DNA from: Histomonas meleagridis 2922-C6/04-290x
Taxonomy: Eukaryota > Protista > Parabasalia
Assembly (NCBI GenBank): GCA_020184695.1
Contig: JAANOX010000116.1
Location: 62,001 to 126,000, forward strand
DNA: 64,000 nucleotides
Direction: 5' to 3'
The translations under genes and the position numbers were made by a program. Positions 20,592-32,198 of the stretch are shown here, piece by piece (the first letter of the stretch is position 1; each line of letters starts with the position of its first letter). Below the pieces are notes generated by a model. That model ran no database searches, was not told the origin of the DNA, and saw only the letters and a list, made by a program, of their open reading frames with translations.

Positions 20592-23500
20592 TTACCAAAA
20601 CGGAGCCCAACCATAATACATTTGAGCCAGATTCAACTCGTCTGTTGCCATTTCGATTAATTTTTGCACTTGGTCATGGACGTTTAAGATCTCTCCGAAT
20701 TCTTGGCCGCATAACTTATCGTTAACTCTTGCGATTGCTCTTTTCAGCATTGCGCCTTTTTCTTCTGTTTCTCCATTCCATTTTGTTGTGAAGTCGACTG
20801 CGTTTTTATACCAAATTGTATCAGTAATCGGATCTTGAACGAATATATCTAAGAATGCCAACAACGCGTCCTTGTTCTTCCTCATTAACTTCATTACATA
20901 TTCCGCCGTCATTGAGAAAACGCCATTTACGCCACTTGCGCCAAAAGCTCTTACTATCATTCTCGTCAATCTAAAAGGTACAGTTTCATGTACATAAGCT
21001 CTTAAATTTGCCTTTTCGAAACAATCACTAAAGTCAATATGTACAACATTTCCAGTACCTTTCATCACTAATATATTCGATGGATGTCTATCGCCAATAC
21101 CCATAATATAACCAATGATAGACATTAACCCATTTGATCGAGAGAAATTTGTGATTTTGTTTAACCAAATTTCGGCGTTTTGTGACTTTAACCAAAGTGT
21201 TTCACGGATGTCATCATCAGGATAACATGAACATACTTCTCGATGTAATTCAAGTTTTTGGACAATGTTTAATCTTAAAGTCGCTTCTTTTTCACCTATG
21301 ATATGATTATTCCCAACGTATTCCCTTAACATTTGTTGTTCCTTATTTTCGATAATACCTAAAACTTTCCGATGCCATGAAATCATTGAATATAATGTTT
21401 CTCCTCCTTCTGCCCAAACAATTAAACCAGCGTTTGGTGCTATAGGTACAATTGGAACTTGTCGAATATGTAAATGTTTTTCTATTCCGAACTTATCATC
21501 ATGTAATATCGAATTGGCTAATGAAAACAATTGCATTATTCGTTGATCTAATCTTAAGTCTTCTCTACCTTTTAATAAATATTTATAATTAATTCCATCG
21601 CTACCAATAATCCGTAATTTTCTTGGACGTTTTGCAGAAGGAATTAATTTCATTACATGGCCAATACTTTTAATAGTTGCTGGAGCTTTATTCACTGAAT
21701 AAAACCCAGGAATAGCTAATGAGAATGGTTGATCGACAATATTTAAATCTAATTCATTAATATCAATTGTAGTAATTGCTTCCATTCGAAGTTGTAATAT
21801 TGATTTAATACCATGTGATGTATTATATAATAAAACTTTATCTTTAGGCTTAATATTATTAATATTATTATTGTTTTGAAATATCGATGATAATCGATCA
21901 TGATAATATGAGATTTTAGAAAATGTAAATATGTTCTTAACAAATTGTGATTGTGTAGAATCCATTATATTTAACACTTGTTTTAATAAGTCCATAACTT
22001 CTTTCTCATATTTTTCATTCTCAGAACATGCAACTGCTCGTTCTAATAATACTATAGCTTCTTCAACTGCTGTCACTGCTATATGTAACATAGCATTTGT
22101 AAATATTTCGGCATCTTTCATTACTTCATAATGTTTTTCACCCATTTGTTCAATAAATGTTAATAATGTTTTAGATGAAGTTGGCGTTCTTTTAACTAAA
22201 CATAAAGGCATAGCTAATGCTTGAAAATGATTTATGGAAAAGTTTTCGACTATTTTATATACTACTTTTCGTACTTCTTCATTCTTATGATCAAATTGTA
22301 CCATTAATTGTGGAATGATTTGTATCACTGAAGAAGGTGATAAAGAGATTAAATTCTTTGAGACATTTTTAAAATTTGTTAAATGTGATCCGAAAGTAAA
22401 AAATAAATTACATAAATGACATAAGAAATGTAATGATGGTCGAGTTAATGATATTAACTTAGCAAAGCCATTAATTGCATTACTTGCATAATTAACTCGA
22501 TCAATTTCATTATATTCATTATTTTGTGCACAACCTAAATTAAAAAACGCCCAATTTTTCCATGCTCTAATTTTCGTTGGTTGAATTTCAATAACTTTTT
22601 TAAGTAATGGTATAGCATTTGGATTAATAGGACATCGATTAGTATAAGAACAAACTGCATCACAATAAATTTCATCATTAATATTCTCTTTGTTAATGAT
22701 TTCAATGAATTCATCATAATTATTAATTAATTGATTATCATAACGATATTTAGCTTGAAGTAATTTAATTTTATCATTTTCTTTTGCGTTATTATTCGTA
22801 AATAAATTATTATAACAATTATTAAATAATGTCCATTCTTGTGATCTTCTTAATGAATTAACATAATCGAAATTAATTTCAAACATTTCTTCTTCATTAC
22901 ATTGAAGTAATTCTCGTACTTTATGTATATAACCTAATTGTGTTGGATCACGATTAATATAATTTGCTTTAGATTTCCATATTAATAAAATTTCTTTTGA
23001 TGTAATTTTGTTTTCACGTTGATATATTATATCTTTTAACTCTTCAAATATCATTGATTTATAAATAATTGGTATCGATGGTTCATAAGTACCTGATAAA
23101 AATGACGAAAAATTCATTGATAACATTTTTAATCCTTTTTGTACCCATTTTTTAGCAGTATTTAATTGATTAAAATCTAATGCAACTAATGTTCTAAAGA
23201 TACATGTTATAGGATCATCATTTTTAATTGACAATAAAAACTCATGTGGATTTAACTTCGAATTTCGTGCAGCTGCTACAAAGATTATCGCTAATTGTGC
23301 TTGAATATCTTTGGAATATGTTTTAAAGTCATCAAATTTCTCGATAATACTTTGCCAATCTTCAATTAACATTGAACATGATAAATATTTAATTAAATAA
23401 TTCTCATTACATTTCGTTTCTTTCAGTTTTTGTGAATATACATCACGTGCTTGTTTCCACATTGATAATGCTTCAAGTAATTCACAATTAGAATTCGGAG

Positions 23501-26500
23501 ATTGAACTATTGATAATAATCCTAATGCACATTCTTTACGCTTTAATAATGATTGAATACGTAATAAATGTTGAATGGTTTCAATGTTTAATATCGAATT
23601 CTTTTCATAAAAACGTATTGCTATAAACCATGAATTACATCGTTCTGCAATTTGCCCAATAATTAATGGATCTGTAAATAACGTAAATTGTGCTCGATCC
23701 ATAGCTTCACATGCAGATATAATTATTTCTAAGATATTTGTAGGTGTATGCGAATTATGTACAATTTCTAATAAATAATTGCTTAACGTACTCCTGTCGT
23801 TTTCACTTGATATGTCCCAAACAGATACAATTACAAAAGGAAATAATCCTCGTTCAAAATCAGATGAAACTCTTAATAATGGATGTGAAGCACGAATAGC
23901 AGGAGAATTAGAACATAATACAAGCTCTTGAGTAATTTGTAATAACCAAGAAGACCAATCATTTTCACTTACAGAACTTTGAAGTCTTCCACGACTAAAT
24001 ACTTGTGATAAAGAAGAAGGTTTTATCGAAGGTTTTGACCTAATTGGATAAGGATCAGGTACAGCGTCGAAATTCCGTAAGAATTCAAATGCCGAATTTG
24101 AAGTAATTTCATTTAAAAACTTTGAAATTTCAGGATGTAATTCAGATAAATTTATAGGTAATGAAAACATTATCGAAGTAAAACGTATTATTAATAATTC
24201 GATTAAACGAATTGATATATATTGTAAATGTGTTTCAGTGTTTATAAAATTACAAGCTAAATGAAATGATGGTAAAACTATTTGAGGAAATGAACAATTA
24301 CGTAATGTTTGACATAAAAATGTTATTGCGAATTCAGATGTGATATCATTCTTATATACATATTTTTGGATTAAATCGAAATATAATCGAATTGATCCAT
24401 CAGCATATATTACTATTAATGTTAATGCTAATAAATAATTTATTATGTTGTTCGAATCTTCTTCTTTTTGTATTAAATCATATATAATTTTAAATGTGTT
24501 TGGTCCATATTCTTTAAAGTTACATTTAATAGCAAAAATTAATGCACATAAAAGTTTAATTGCATCAATACTTGTGTTCTCTTTTAAATAAGGTAAAACT
24601 AATTTATAAATATCATCTTTATATGGTAATATTGCAACATCTACAACTAATATTATCGTAGTTAAAAAATGTAATAAGTCATCAGATGCAATTAATTCTG
24701 GTTTTACATGAAATGAATTTATTAATTTAATGACATCTTCTAAATATATTAAACATTTTTGTGAATCACTTTGAAATATATATGTTAAAGCATTAATCAA
24801 AACAGGTAATTCATGTGGTTTGCCATCTTTTAATTGACCTAAAATATATTTCATTACATAATTTAATGTACTTTGTTCTCGATTAGTACTATCATATAAT
24901 GGATATGATTCATTAATTGGTATTGGTGTCTTAGGATTATGAAATTGATGTGGATCTAATGCTCCAATAGTACCTAATAATTGTAATATTAATATGTTAA
25001 CTCGTGAATTAGTTGATGTCTTTAAAAATTGATATAATCGTTGATGAAATTTAACAATTTTTTTACTACTGATTAATTTAGTAATAGGAAAATTACGAAA
25101 AAGTGATTTTAACGATTCTGTAGCTGATAAATGTATTGACGTCTTTTTATATATAAAAAATTGTTCAACAATCGATGATATTATCGAAAATAACATATCT
25201 TTATCACACGCTTTTTTATTTGCTAAAGCTGTGATGCTTTTTAATGAATATATTCGAATCTTTTGATCATATTTTTGTTCAAATTTATATATAACTCTTT
25301 TTGGTAATGTTAATGATGTTTCAACTTTTGAATTTAATATTTCGATTATAAATTTTATTAAATCTGTTTGATGTGATCTTGCAAATGATCCACTGCTTTG
25401 TATGATTAATGGTAATAAAGATATTTCTTGCATTCGATCACGTTTTAAAGGTATTTGAAAATAGACAAAAGGAAATTGTTTAAGTTTTGTTTGAAAAAAT
25501 TTCATTGTCGATAGCGGCGTAAAGTTCTGAATTCTGGAAATTAAATCTAACGTTGAAATTTTGACTGAATAATTATCGTCTTCGTAAAGTTGTTCAGCCA
25601 TAAAAAACAATGAATGATCTGAGAAATGTGATAATAATGAATCATCAATCGAATTACATAATGTGATTTTTAATTTAGATGAAAGATTATTTTGGAGTGA
25701 TAATAATAAAGAAAGTAATTTTTTTTGTTTTTCATAATCAAATCTATGAATGATTATAAATAATGTTTGAATAGAAATAATTTTTATATTTTCATTAGAA
25801 CTATTATTAAATATATTAAAAACAAATTCCCAATAATCTTCAATTGGAAACTCTGTTATTATTGATAATTTCGTGATAAGTTGAAGAATACATTTTATTG
25901 AGTTATTATTCTCAAATGATTCATTAAGTTTCGGTACAAATATACTTATAATTCGAAATGAATCTTCTTTAAATGCTGTAAAATATGACGAACAAAAATT
26001 AATTGAATACTCATTAAATTCCATATGTTGCATTTTATCTAAAAACAAATTCCTATCAACTAACTCTGGTGAACAATCAATAATGCTAGTGGCTATAATG
26101 AAAAAACAATCCATATTATTGACTAAAGTTGGAAGAAGTGAATTACCAAAAAGGCTGAACGTTTTTGGCATAACCCTCAGAATTTTTGAATAGATCATAC
26201 AAATTTTTGGGTTTTTGAAATCTATTTGATCGTTGTTCTGAAAAAGCGATAAAATTGAGTTTGAAATTTCTTGCGCTTTATCATTGAGGACTTTGCATAG
26301 TTTAACAAGGATTTGAAGATGTTCTGGAATTGGACTTGTGTTTAAAAATGAGATAATACTTGTGAAAATGTCGTTTGCCTTTTCATTACATACATCATTA
26401 TTATTTTTGAGAAAAGATTTAAGCAGTAAAAGATATCTTGGTAATTCAGTTGGTGGGCTGTATATAATTGTGGTGATTTCTGTGGAAACTATTTGATTAC

Positions 26501-27110
26501 CTTGTGGACTGATTTCAATAAATTGTTGAAAAAGATCAACTGCTGGCTTTTGAGTTTCTTCTAATCCAATCTTTAAAAGTGCTGTGATTGCTGTTGTGAA
26601 TTCACTTGAGAATTTGATGAAAAAATTGGGATCAATTGTAAAAAGATGATGCATAAGAAAAACTGATGACAATACACCAGACCTTGTAGTTCTTGCTGTT
26701 AACCAAGAAAAACACCTTTCAAAGAGTTTTGGAATTATTGGAATTGAAATAACTCGAGATATTCGTTTAACAAGGTGGGCAATTCCATCAATTAATATTA
26801 CGGATTCTAATGGTAGGATTCTTTCGAGATTTTGATTGATTAATATTAGTTGATTATGATCTTCTTCAATATCAACATAATATGAAAAACCTACTAGAGC
26901 AGCAAGACGATCTTCAGTTTTCCTATAATGGAGTTTTTCTTGAGACCACCGAAAAAGTTCATTTAGAAAATTTCTTTGATTTTCTTCATTCGCATTTTTG
27001 AAAGATTTGGTAAATAAAACTCGTGAGTGTGTAAAAGCTTCCTTAAACGTGCTCATGGAAGATATTTCATTTTCAATATTTTCGAAGCTTTGCGAAAGAA
27101 AAGAATCCAT
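20592..27110 (-). CDS. TOR: TOR-family PIKK kinase
   Basis: 2172 aa; HEAT/FAT region, LLKGREDLRLDQRIMQLF, GIGDRHPSN, HIDFSDCFE, VPFRLTRM, FATC LAQMYYGWAPFW. Confidence 0.93.
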   Translation of the reverse strand: MDSFLSQSFENIENEISSMSTFKEAFTHSRVLFTKSFKNANEENQRNFLNELFRWSQEKLHYRKTEDRLAALVGFSYYVDIEEDHNQLILINQNLERILPLESVILIDGIAHLVKRISRVISIPIIPKLFERCFSWLTARTTRSGVLSSVFLMHHLFTIDPNFFIKFSSEFTTAITALLKIGLEETQKPAVDLFQQFIEISPQGNQIVSTEITTIIYSPPTELPRYLLLLKSFLKNNNDVCNEKANDIFTSIISFLNTSPIPEHLQILVKLCKVLNDKAQEISNSILSLFQNNDQIDFKNPKICMIYSKILRVMPKTFSLFGNSLLPTLVNNMDCFFIIATSIIDCSPELVDRNLFLDKMQHMEFNEYSINFCSSYFTAFKEDSFRIISIFVPKLNESFENNNSIKCILQLITKLSIITEFPIEDYWEFVFNIFNNSSNENIKIISIQTLFIIIHRFDYEKQKKLLSLLLSLQNNLSSKLKITLCNSIDDSLLSHFSDHSLFFMAEQLYEDDNYSVKISTLDLISRIQNFTPLSTMKFFQTKLKQFPFVYFQIPLKRDRMQEISLLPLIIQSSGSFARSHQTDLIKFIIEILNSKVETSLTLPKRVIYKFEQKYDQKIRIYSLKSITALANKKACDKDMLFSIISSIVEQFFIYKKTSIHLSATESLKSLFRNFPITKLISSKKIVKFHQRLYQFLKTSTNSRVNILILQLLGTIGALDPHQFHNPKTPIPINESYPLYDSTNREQSTLNYVMKYILGQLKDGKPHELPVLINALTYIFQSDSQKCLIYLEDVIKLINSFHVKPELIASDDLLHFLTTIILVVDVAILPYKDDIYKLVLPYLKENTSIDAIKLLCALIFAIKCNFKEYGPNTFKIIYDLIQKEEDSNNIINYLLALTLIVIYADGSIRLYFDLIQKYVYKNDITSEFAITFLCQTLRNCSFPQIVLPSFHLACNFINTETHLQYISIRLIELLIIRFTSIMFSLPINLSELHPEISKFLNEITSNSAFEFLRNFDAVPDPYPIRSKPSIKPSSLSQVFSRGRLQSSVSENDWSSWLLQITQELVLCSNSPAIRASHPLLRVSSDFERGLFPFVIVSVWDISSENDRSTLSNYLLEIVHNSHTPTNILEIIISACEAMDRAQFTLFTDPLIIGQIAERCNSWFIAIRFYEKNSILNIETIQHLLRIQSLLKRKECALGLLSIVQSPNSNCELLEALSMWKQARDVYSQKLKETKCNENYLIKYLSCSMLIEDWQSIIEKFDDFKTYSKDIQAQLAIIFVAAARNSKLNPHEFLLSIKNDDPITCIFRTLVALDFNQLNTAKKWVQKGLKMLSMNFSSFLSGTYEPSIPIIYKSMIFEELKDIIYQRENKITSKEILLIWKSKANYINRDPTQLGYIHKVRELLQCNEEEMFEINFDYVNSLRRSQEWTLFNNCYNNLFTNNNAKENDKIKLLQAKYRYDNQLINNYDEFIEIINKENINDEIYCDAVCSYTNRCPINPNAIPLLKKVIEIQPTKIRAWKNWAFFNLGCAQNNEYNEIDRVNYASNAINGFAKLISLTRPSLHFLCHLCNLFFTFGSHLTNFKNVSKNLISLSPSSVIQIIPQLMVQFDHKNEEVRKVVYKIVENFSINHFQALAMPLCLVKRTPTSSKTLLTFIEQMGEKHYEVMKDAEIFTNAMLHIAVTAVEEAIVLLERAVACSENEKYEKEVMDLLKQVLNIMDSTQSQFVKNIFTFSKISYYHDRLSSIFQNNNNINNIKPKDKVLLYNTSHGIKSILQLRMEAITTIDINELDLNIVDQPFSLAIPGFYSVNKAPATIKSIGHVMKLIPSAKRPRKLRIIGSDGINYKYLLKGREDLRLDQRIMQLFSLANSILHDDKFGIEKHLHIRQVPIVPIAPNAGLIVWAEGGETLYSMISWHRKVLGIIENKEQQMLREYVGNNHIIGEKEATLRLNIVQKLELHREVCSCYPDDDIRETLWLKSQNAEIWLNKITNFSRSNGLMSIIGYIMGIGDRHPSNILVMKGTGNVVHIDFSDCFEKANLRAYVHETVPFRLTRMIVRAFGASGVNGVFSMTAEYVMKLMRKNKDALLAFLDIFVQDPITDTIWYKNAVDFTTKWNGETEEKGAMLKRAIARVNDKLCGQEFGEILNVHDQVQKLIEMATDELNLAQMYYGWAPFW

Positions 27111-27839
27111 GATTTGCCTAGGGATTTTGGCGTTGAACCCGTTTAATATTGTCCTTAATAACGGTTTTTACTTGTCCATCGAGCCATTCAAAAAGTTATG
27201 ATGTAACGAGGAACGTCATTTTACATATCTCTCATGTTTTTTCTTCTACTAAGAATTATAACAAAAATGCTTGTACAATATGCATGTTATTCGAAAGCCG
27301 TTTGGAATATTCAATAAAAACAAAATAATTTTTTTACAAATTTATATTTGATATTTCCATTTCTTGAAATTCTTATGATTCAGAGTACCAAAATCATATT
27401 GTTTTTGTATCAACAACGAAATGTTATATATTAATTATAAAATGAAAATTCAATTGAATGTCAGACCGAACGTGTAAATAAACTTAAAAAAAAATATGTT
27501 TTATGCAAATATATATAAACTTAACTCAAAATGGACTGAATTCTAATGATTTTAGATATATTTATTTAATCAAGATTAAGAAAATCTGATACTATATTTT
27601 ATGATTGTAAATACATGAATTCTCAAATAAATACATATCATATTATTATTACTCACGGAAATACAAACATAGTACGTAATGTTTTGACTTAGAACGTCTC
27701 CAAACACAAGACTTACGATTGCAGAAAGATTAGTCAGCAAAGTTATTAGATTGAGTGCAATTTGATCGTTCTCGTTTTCAAAAAGAATAGTCAGATATAA
27801 AATTTACTCTTTAGTTCTAACGTATTTAACAATAAAAAT

Positions 27840-29608
27840 TCACTGTAGTTGGTACTTAACCAAATCGGCATAAAACCCGTTCTTTGCCAATAGTTCTTTA
27901 TGTGTACCTTCTTCTAAGATGTGTCCATTTTGGAACACCAGAATTCTATCTGCGTTAATCACAGTAGCCAATCTATGTGCGACCAAAATGGCAGTCTTTC
28001 CGTGTCTGAACTTTTCGAGTGATTCGTGCACCAATTGTTCACTTTCTGTATCCAAAGCAGCAGTTGCTTCGTCCAAAAGTAGAATTGGTGCATTAGCAAG
28101 AATAGCTCTTGAGATACAAATTCTTTGTTTTTGTCCACCACTTAAACTTGTTTGGTGTACAATAGAGTTATGACCTTTTGGAAGATCAGTAAGTTATGAG
28201 CATTACCAACTTGTGCAGCCTTGACAATTTCTTCCTTGGTAGCATCTGCTTTAGAGTAACGAATATTATCAAGAATTGAGACAGAAAACAATACAGGTGT
28301 TTGAGGTACAACAGATATATTCGACCTTAAATTAACACATGATAATTCGGAGATATCTTTTCCATCAATTAATATTTGTCCACTTTCGATTTCATAAAAT
28401 CGTTGAATCAATTGAAGTGTTGTTGATTTACCACAACCACTTTCACCTACAAAAGCAACAGTTTCACCAGCATTAATCTTAAAACTTAAGTCTTTAACAG
28501 CATAATTCTCTGCTGATTCATATTTGAAACATACGTTCTTGAATTCGATTGTTCCATCAACTCTATCCAATGTGTCTCCTTTCTTTCGATCTATTTTAGG
28601 TTTCATTTCGATTAATTGTATGATTTTCGCTGATGATATTGCAGCTTTGTTCATATCATTACTTACTGCAACTGCTTGTGTAAGTCCAAAGATGCCCATA
28701 ATCATTGAGAAGAATACAATGAAAATATCACCGCTTGTGTAACCATAATACATTTGATTCATTACCATGTCACTACCAAAATAACAAATTGCCGCAACCA
28801 TTAAGTTGGCAAGTAATGATATTGTTCCATCTTTAATCCCTTGTGCTATACTTGTCTTGAAGAATACTTTATCAACTTCAATAAGTTGATCCTTATATAA
28901 GGATGATTCATATAATTCATTATCAAATGATTTAATTGTTCGGAAACTTGCAATTGCTTCTTCTGCTTTGTTGTTTGCTGCTGATGAACTTTCATTATAT
29001 GTGATCCATATTTTATCAATGATTTTGTCTCCAACACCATAAACTATAAGACATACAATTAACACAGCACCACCAATGATGGATAAGCGCCAACATGTAA
29101 CAAATGCTAAGATAACCCCTGCAATGGCTTCACCTGCCATTTGAAGTGCATTTAAAAATTTCTCAAAATAAACATCATGGATAATTGTTACATCTTGTGA
29201 AAGTCGGCCAACAAGAATTCCTGTGGGTGTTCGATCAAAGTAATCAATTCCTTGTTCAACAACATTTTTGTAAACACGTTTTCTTAGATCTTCTGGTAAT
29301 GATGAATTACAATACGATCTAAGACCATAAGCAATACTAGATGCGAAGAACATTCCAACAACGAAATATGCCATATCGCATATAATTGGAACAAATTCAT
29401 CCATGAAGTTTTCGCTTGCAAAGACAGTAACCATATCACCAAGCATGATAGACATCATAACAGGTAATGCCCCTACAACAAAATGAAGAATAAATGTTAA
29501 TATGTATGGGACTTTATGTTCTAAATAGCCCATGATCTTGAAATATTCACCTCCTCTTCGCATTTTTTCATCTTCCTTACTCACAACATTCCTGAAAGTC
29601 GATTCCAT
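27840..29608 (-). CDS. ABCB-type half transporter (TMD-NBD) with a frameshift at ~28190
   Basis: TMD plus Walker [10 protein letters not shown]. After the frameshift the frame reads [34 protein letters not shown]. Likely ATG is 29608. Confidence 0.85.
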
Positions 29609-29753
29609 TGTTCTGATTGGCAATGGCCAAAAATTTTGATTGAAAAAAGGGTTAAACCGTTCACAAATTTTATCGTAAAATTGAAAGTCTACAGAAAAAA
29701 TTGAAAGCACTTTCAAAAATCACATTAAATTTCAGTCTTAACGACCAGATTTC

Positions 29754-31646
29754 ATGCAGTCTTCAAGCTTAGCCTACCGTCATCCTTCTGAATATTCATC
29801 AATAGACATGACCCTTTCTGTTCATAAGGAAACAGGTGACTATAACCAGAAAGAAGAGTTTCATGCAAGAATCAAATTATATGGAATGTTAATGAAATAT
29901 CCTAAAGCAATAATTGGTATTTTTCCATCAGTAATCTTTGGTGCAGTACCAATTCTTTCATTTCTTTTCATCGGTAATGTAATTAATGCACTTACAAATT
30001 TCGAAGCAACACATGGAGAAGTTAAAGATTTCGAATCCGTCAAAAACAATGTGTTGTACTTAGTTATAGTTGCCATTGTTGTCGCAATTTGTAAGTTTTT
30101 AGATAGTTTTCTTTGGATTAAAGTTGGCTCTGAATTTGTTAACGACTTAAGAGGCAATGTCTTCCAAAAGATCATGATGAGTGATGTATCATTCTTTGAT
30201 GTAACGCCAATTGGTGAAATCTTAACATTACTTGGTGAAGAATCTCAATCAGTTCAAGATAATTTCGGCATTACAAAAGGACAACAATTCCAATTCATTG
30301 GACAATTTCTCATTGGAATCATCTTTTCATATGTATATTGTTGGAAAATGGCACTTATAGCCACATGTGTTGTCCCATATTTCATAGCTGTCATTGCCAT
30401 TTGTAGTAAATACATTGATCGCCATTTCAATCTTAAATTCATCTTCACAGGCAAAGAGATTACTATTGCTGATGAAACATTATCTAACATTCGAACTGTT
30501 CGAGGATTTAATCGGGAAGATGCTGAATTCGAGCGATTTATGGTAGAGACACGTAAAGCTGCGCATGAAGATCGAATGACAGCATTATTCATCACTATAA
30601 TGTTTGTTCTTGTTGATCTTGGAACGTGGGCCATGATTGTAGGTAATATATATTATGGAGGACAACTTGTTGATTCAGGAGAACTTAACTCAGGAAATTT
30701 GTTATCAATTTTCGGATATTTAATGTTTAGTTGTATAGCTATCATTAGCTTACAAATGTCAATGCAAGGTGAAGAACAAGCAATTCATTCTGGTAAGAAG
30801 ATATTAGAAATTATGAACAGAGAACCAAATGTACCATTTGAAGGAGGGGAAATAATCGAAAACTTTAAAGGTCATATTCAGTTTCTAAATGTATCCTTCA
30901 AATATCCGACACGTGATGTCTACGTCTTAAAGAATGTATCATTTGAAATCAAACCAGGTCAAATGGGTGCATTAGTTGGACATTCAGGTTCAGGCAAGTC
31001 GACATGTGTACAATTGTTAGAAAGATTTTATGATGTAACTGAAGGTGTTATATTACTTGATGGTAAAGATATTAAAACACTTGATCCACGTTGGTTACAT
31101 CAGAAGACAAGTTTAGTATCACAAGAGCCGATTTTGTTCCAATTATCTGTTAAAGATAATATTAAATATGGTGTGAGAGATGCAACTGATGAAATGATTA
31201 GAGAAGCTGCGGAGAAAGCTAATGCACTTAAGTTCATTGAGAAATTGGATGGAAAATTCGATTATTTCGTTGGCGAAAAAGGTGATACTGTAAGTGGCGG
31301 ACAAAGACAAAGAATTGCAATCGCAAGAGCTTTGATTAAGGATCCAGTGATACTTATCACTGATGAAGCAACTTCTGCTTTGGACGCGGCAAGTGAAAAG
31401 AAAGTCCAAATCGCTTTGGATGAAGTAATGAAGAATAGAACTTCTGTCGTGGTGGCGCATAGATTAAGTACAATTAGAAACGCAAACATAATTTACGTGT
31501 TCGATGCTGGAGAAATTAAAGAAATTGGTAACCACGAATCACTAGTGAGGAAAAGAGGTTACTATTATGAACTGGTGAGAAGGCAAATGACAGAAGACGA
31601 CGAAAAGATTATAAGTAAGGAAAAGAAGAAAAGCAAAAAGAAGTGA
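29754..31646 (+). CDS. ABCB-type half transporter (TMD-NBD)
   Basis: GHSGSGKST, VSGGQRQR, ITDEATSALD, AHRLST. Confidence 0.92.
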   Translation: MQSSSLAYRHPSEYSSIDMTLSVHKETGDYNQKEEFHARIKLYGMLMKYPKAIIGIFPSVIFGAVPILSFLFIGNVINALTNFEATHGEVKDFESVKNNVLYLVIVAIVVAICKFLDSFLWIKVGSEFVNDLRGNVFQKIMMSDVSFFDVTPIGEILTLLGEESQSVQDNFGITKGQQFQFIGQFLIGIIFSYVYCWKMALIATCVVPYFIAVIAICSKYIDRHFNLKFIFTGKEITIADETLSNIRTVRGFNREDAEFERFMVETRKAAHEDRMTALFITIMFVLVDLGTWAMIVGNIYYGGQLVDSGELNSGNLLSIFGYLMFSCIAIISLQMSMQGEEQAIHSGKKILEIMNREPNVPFEGGEIIENFKGHIQFLNVSFKYPTRDVYVLKNVSFEIKPGQMGALVGHSGSGKSTCVQLLERFYDVTEGVILLDGKDIKTLDPRWLHQKTSLVSQEPILFQLSVKDNIKYGVRDATDEMIREAAEKANALKFIEKLDGKFDYFVGEKGDTVSGGQRQRIAIARALIKDPVILITDEATSALDAASEKKVQIALDEVMKNRTSVVVAHRLSTIRNANIIYVFDAGEIKEIGNHESLVRKRGYYYELVRRQMTEDDEKIISKEKKKSKKK

Positions 31647-32198
31647 ATGATTCAAAGAAAAAATCGATAATTTCTTTGATCCTTTTATATAAATTTAATA
31701 AAATATCTTAGATTAAGCAAATAAATTTTTGTGGTATTGCAATTGTTCAAGGAAAAACATAAATTTGGTGAGAAACTTGGAGATAATGAAAATTTGAGCA
31801 AAAACACCTCTTCTGAAATTTCAGAGAATTTTTCTGATGGTTTTGAAATTTGTTTGAAAACAGTTTATGACGAAATTGACAGAAACTTACAAAAATGAGG
31901 AGAAAAAGTTTTTTGGAAGAAAACATACATCTCGGTCAAGTCAAACAGATGACCTTCAATCAAACATGTCAAAATAAGTGATGAAGCAACTCAACTTGAA
32001 AATGAAGGGAAAACAGAAGAAGCGAACGGACTTTTGGCTAAAGCACAAGAAAACGAAAACATATTTGCTTAGAGAGAGATTGGATGATGAGATCAAAAAG
32101 TTGGTAAAGATAATAAATAATATTATTTGAAAGAGCATTTGTGCAATTTATGATGTATCATTGGAACCGATTAATATTAATGAAATTAGGATAACGGG

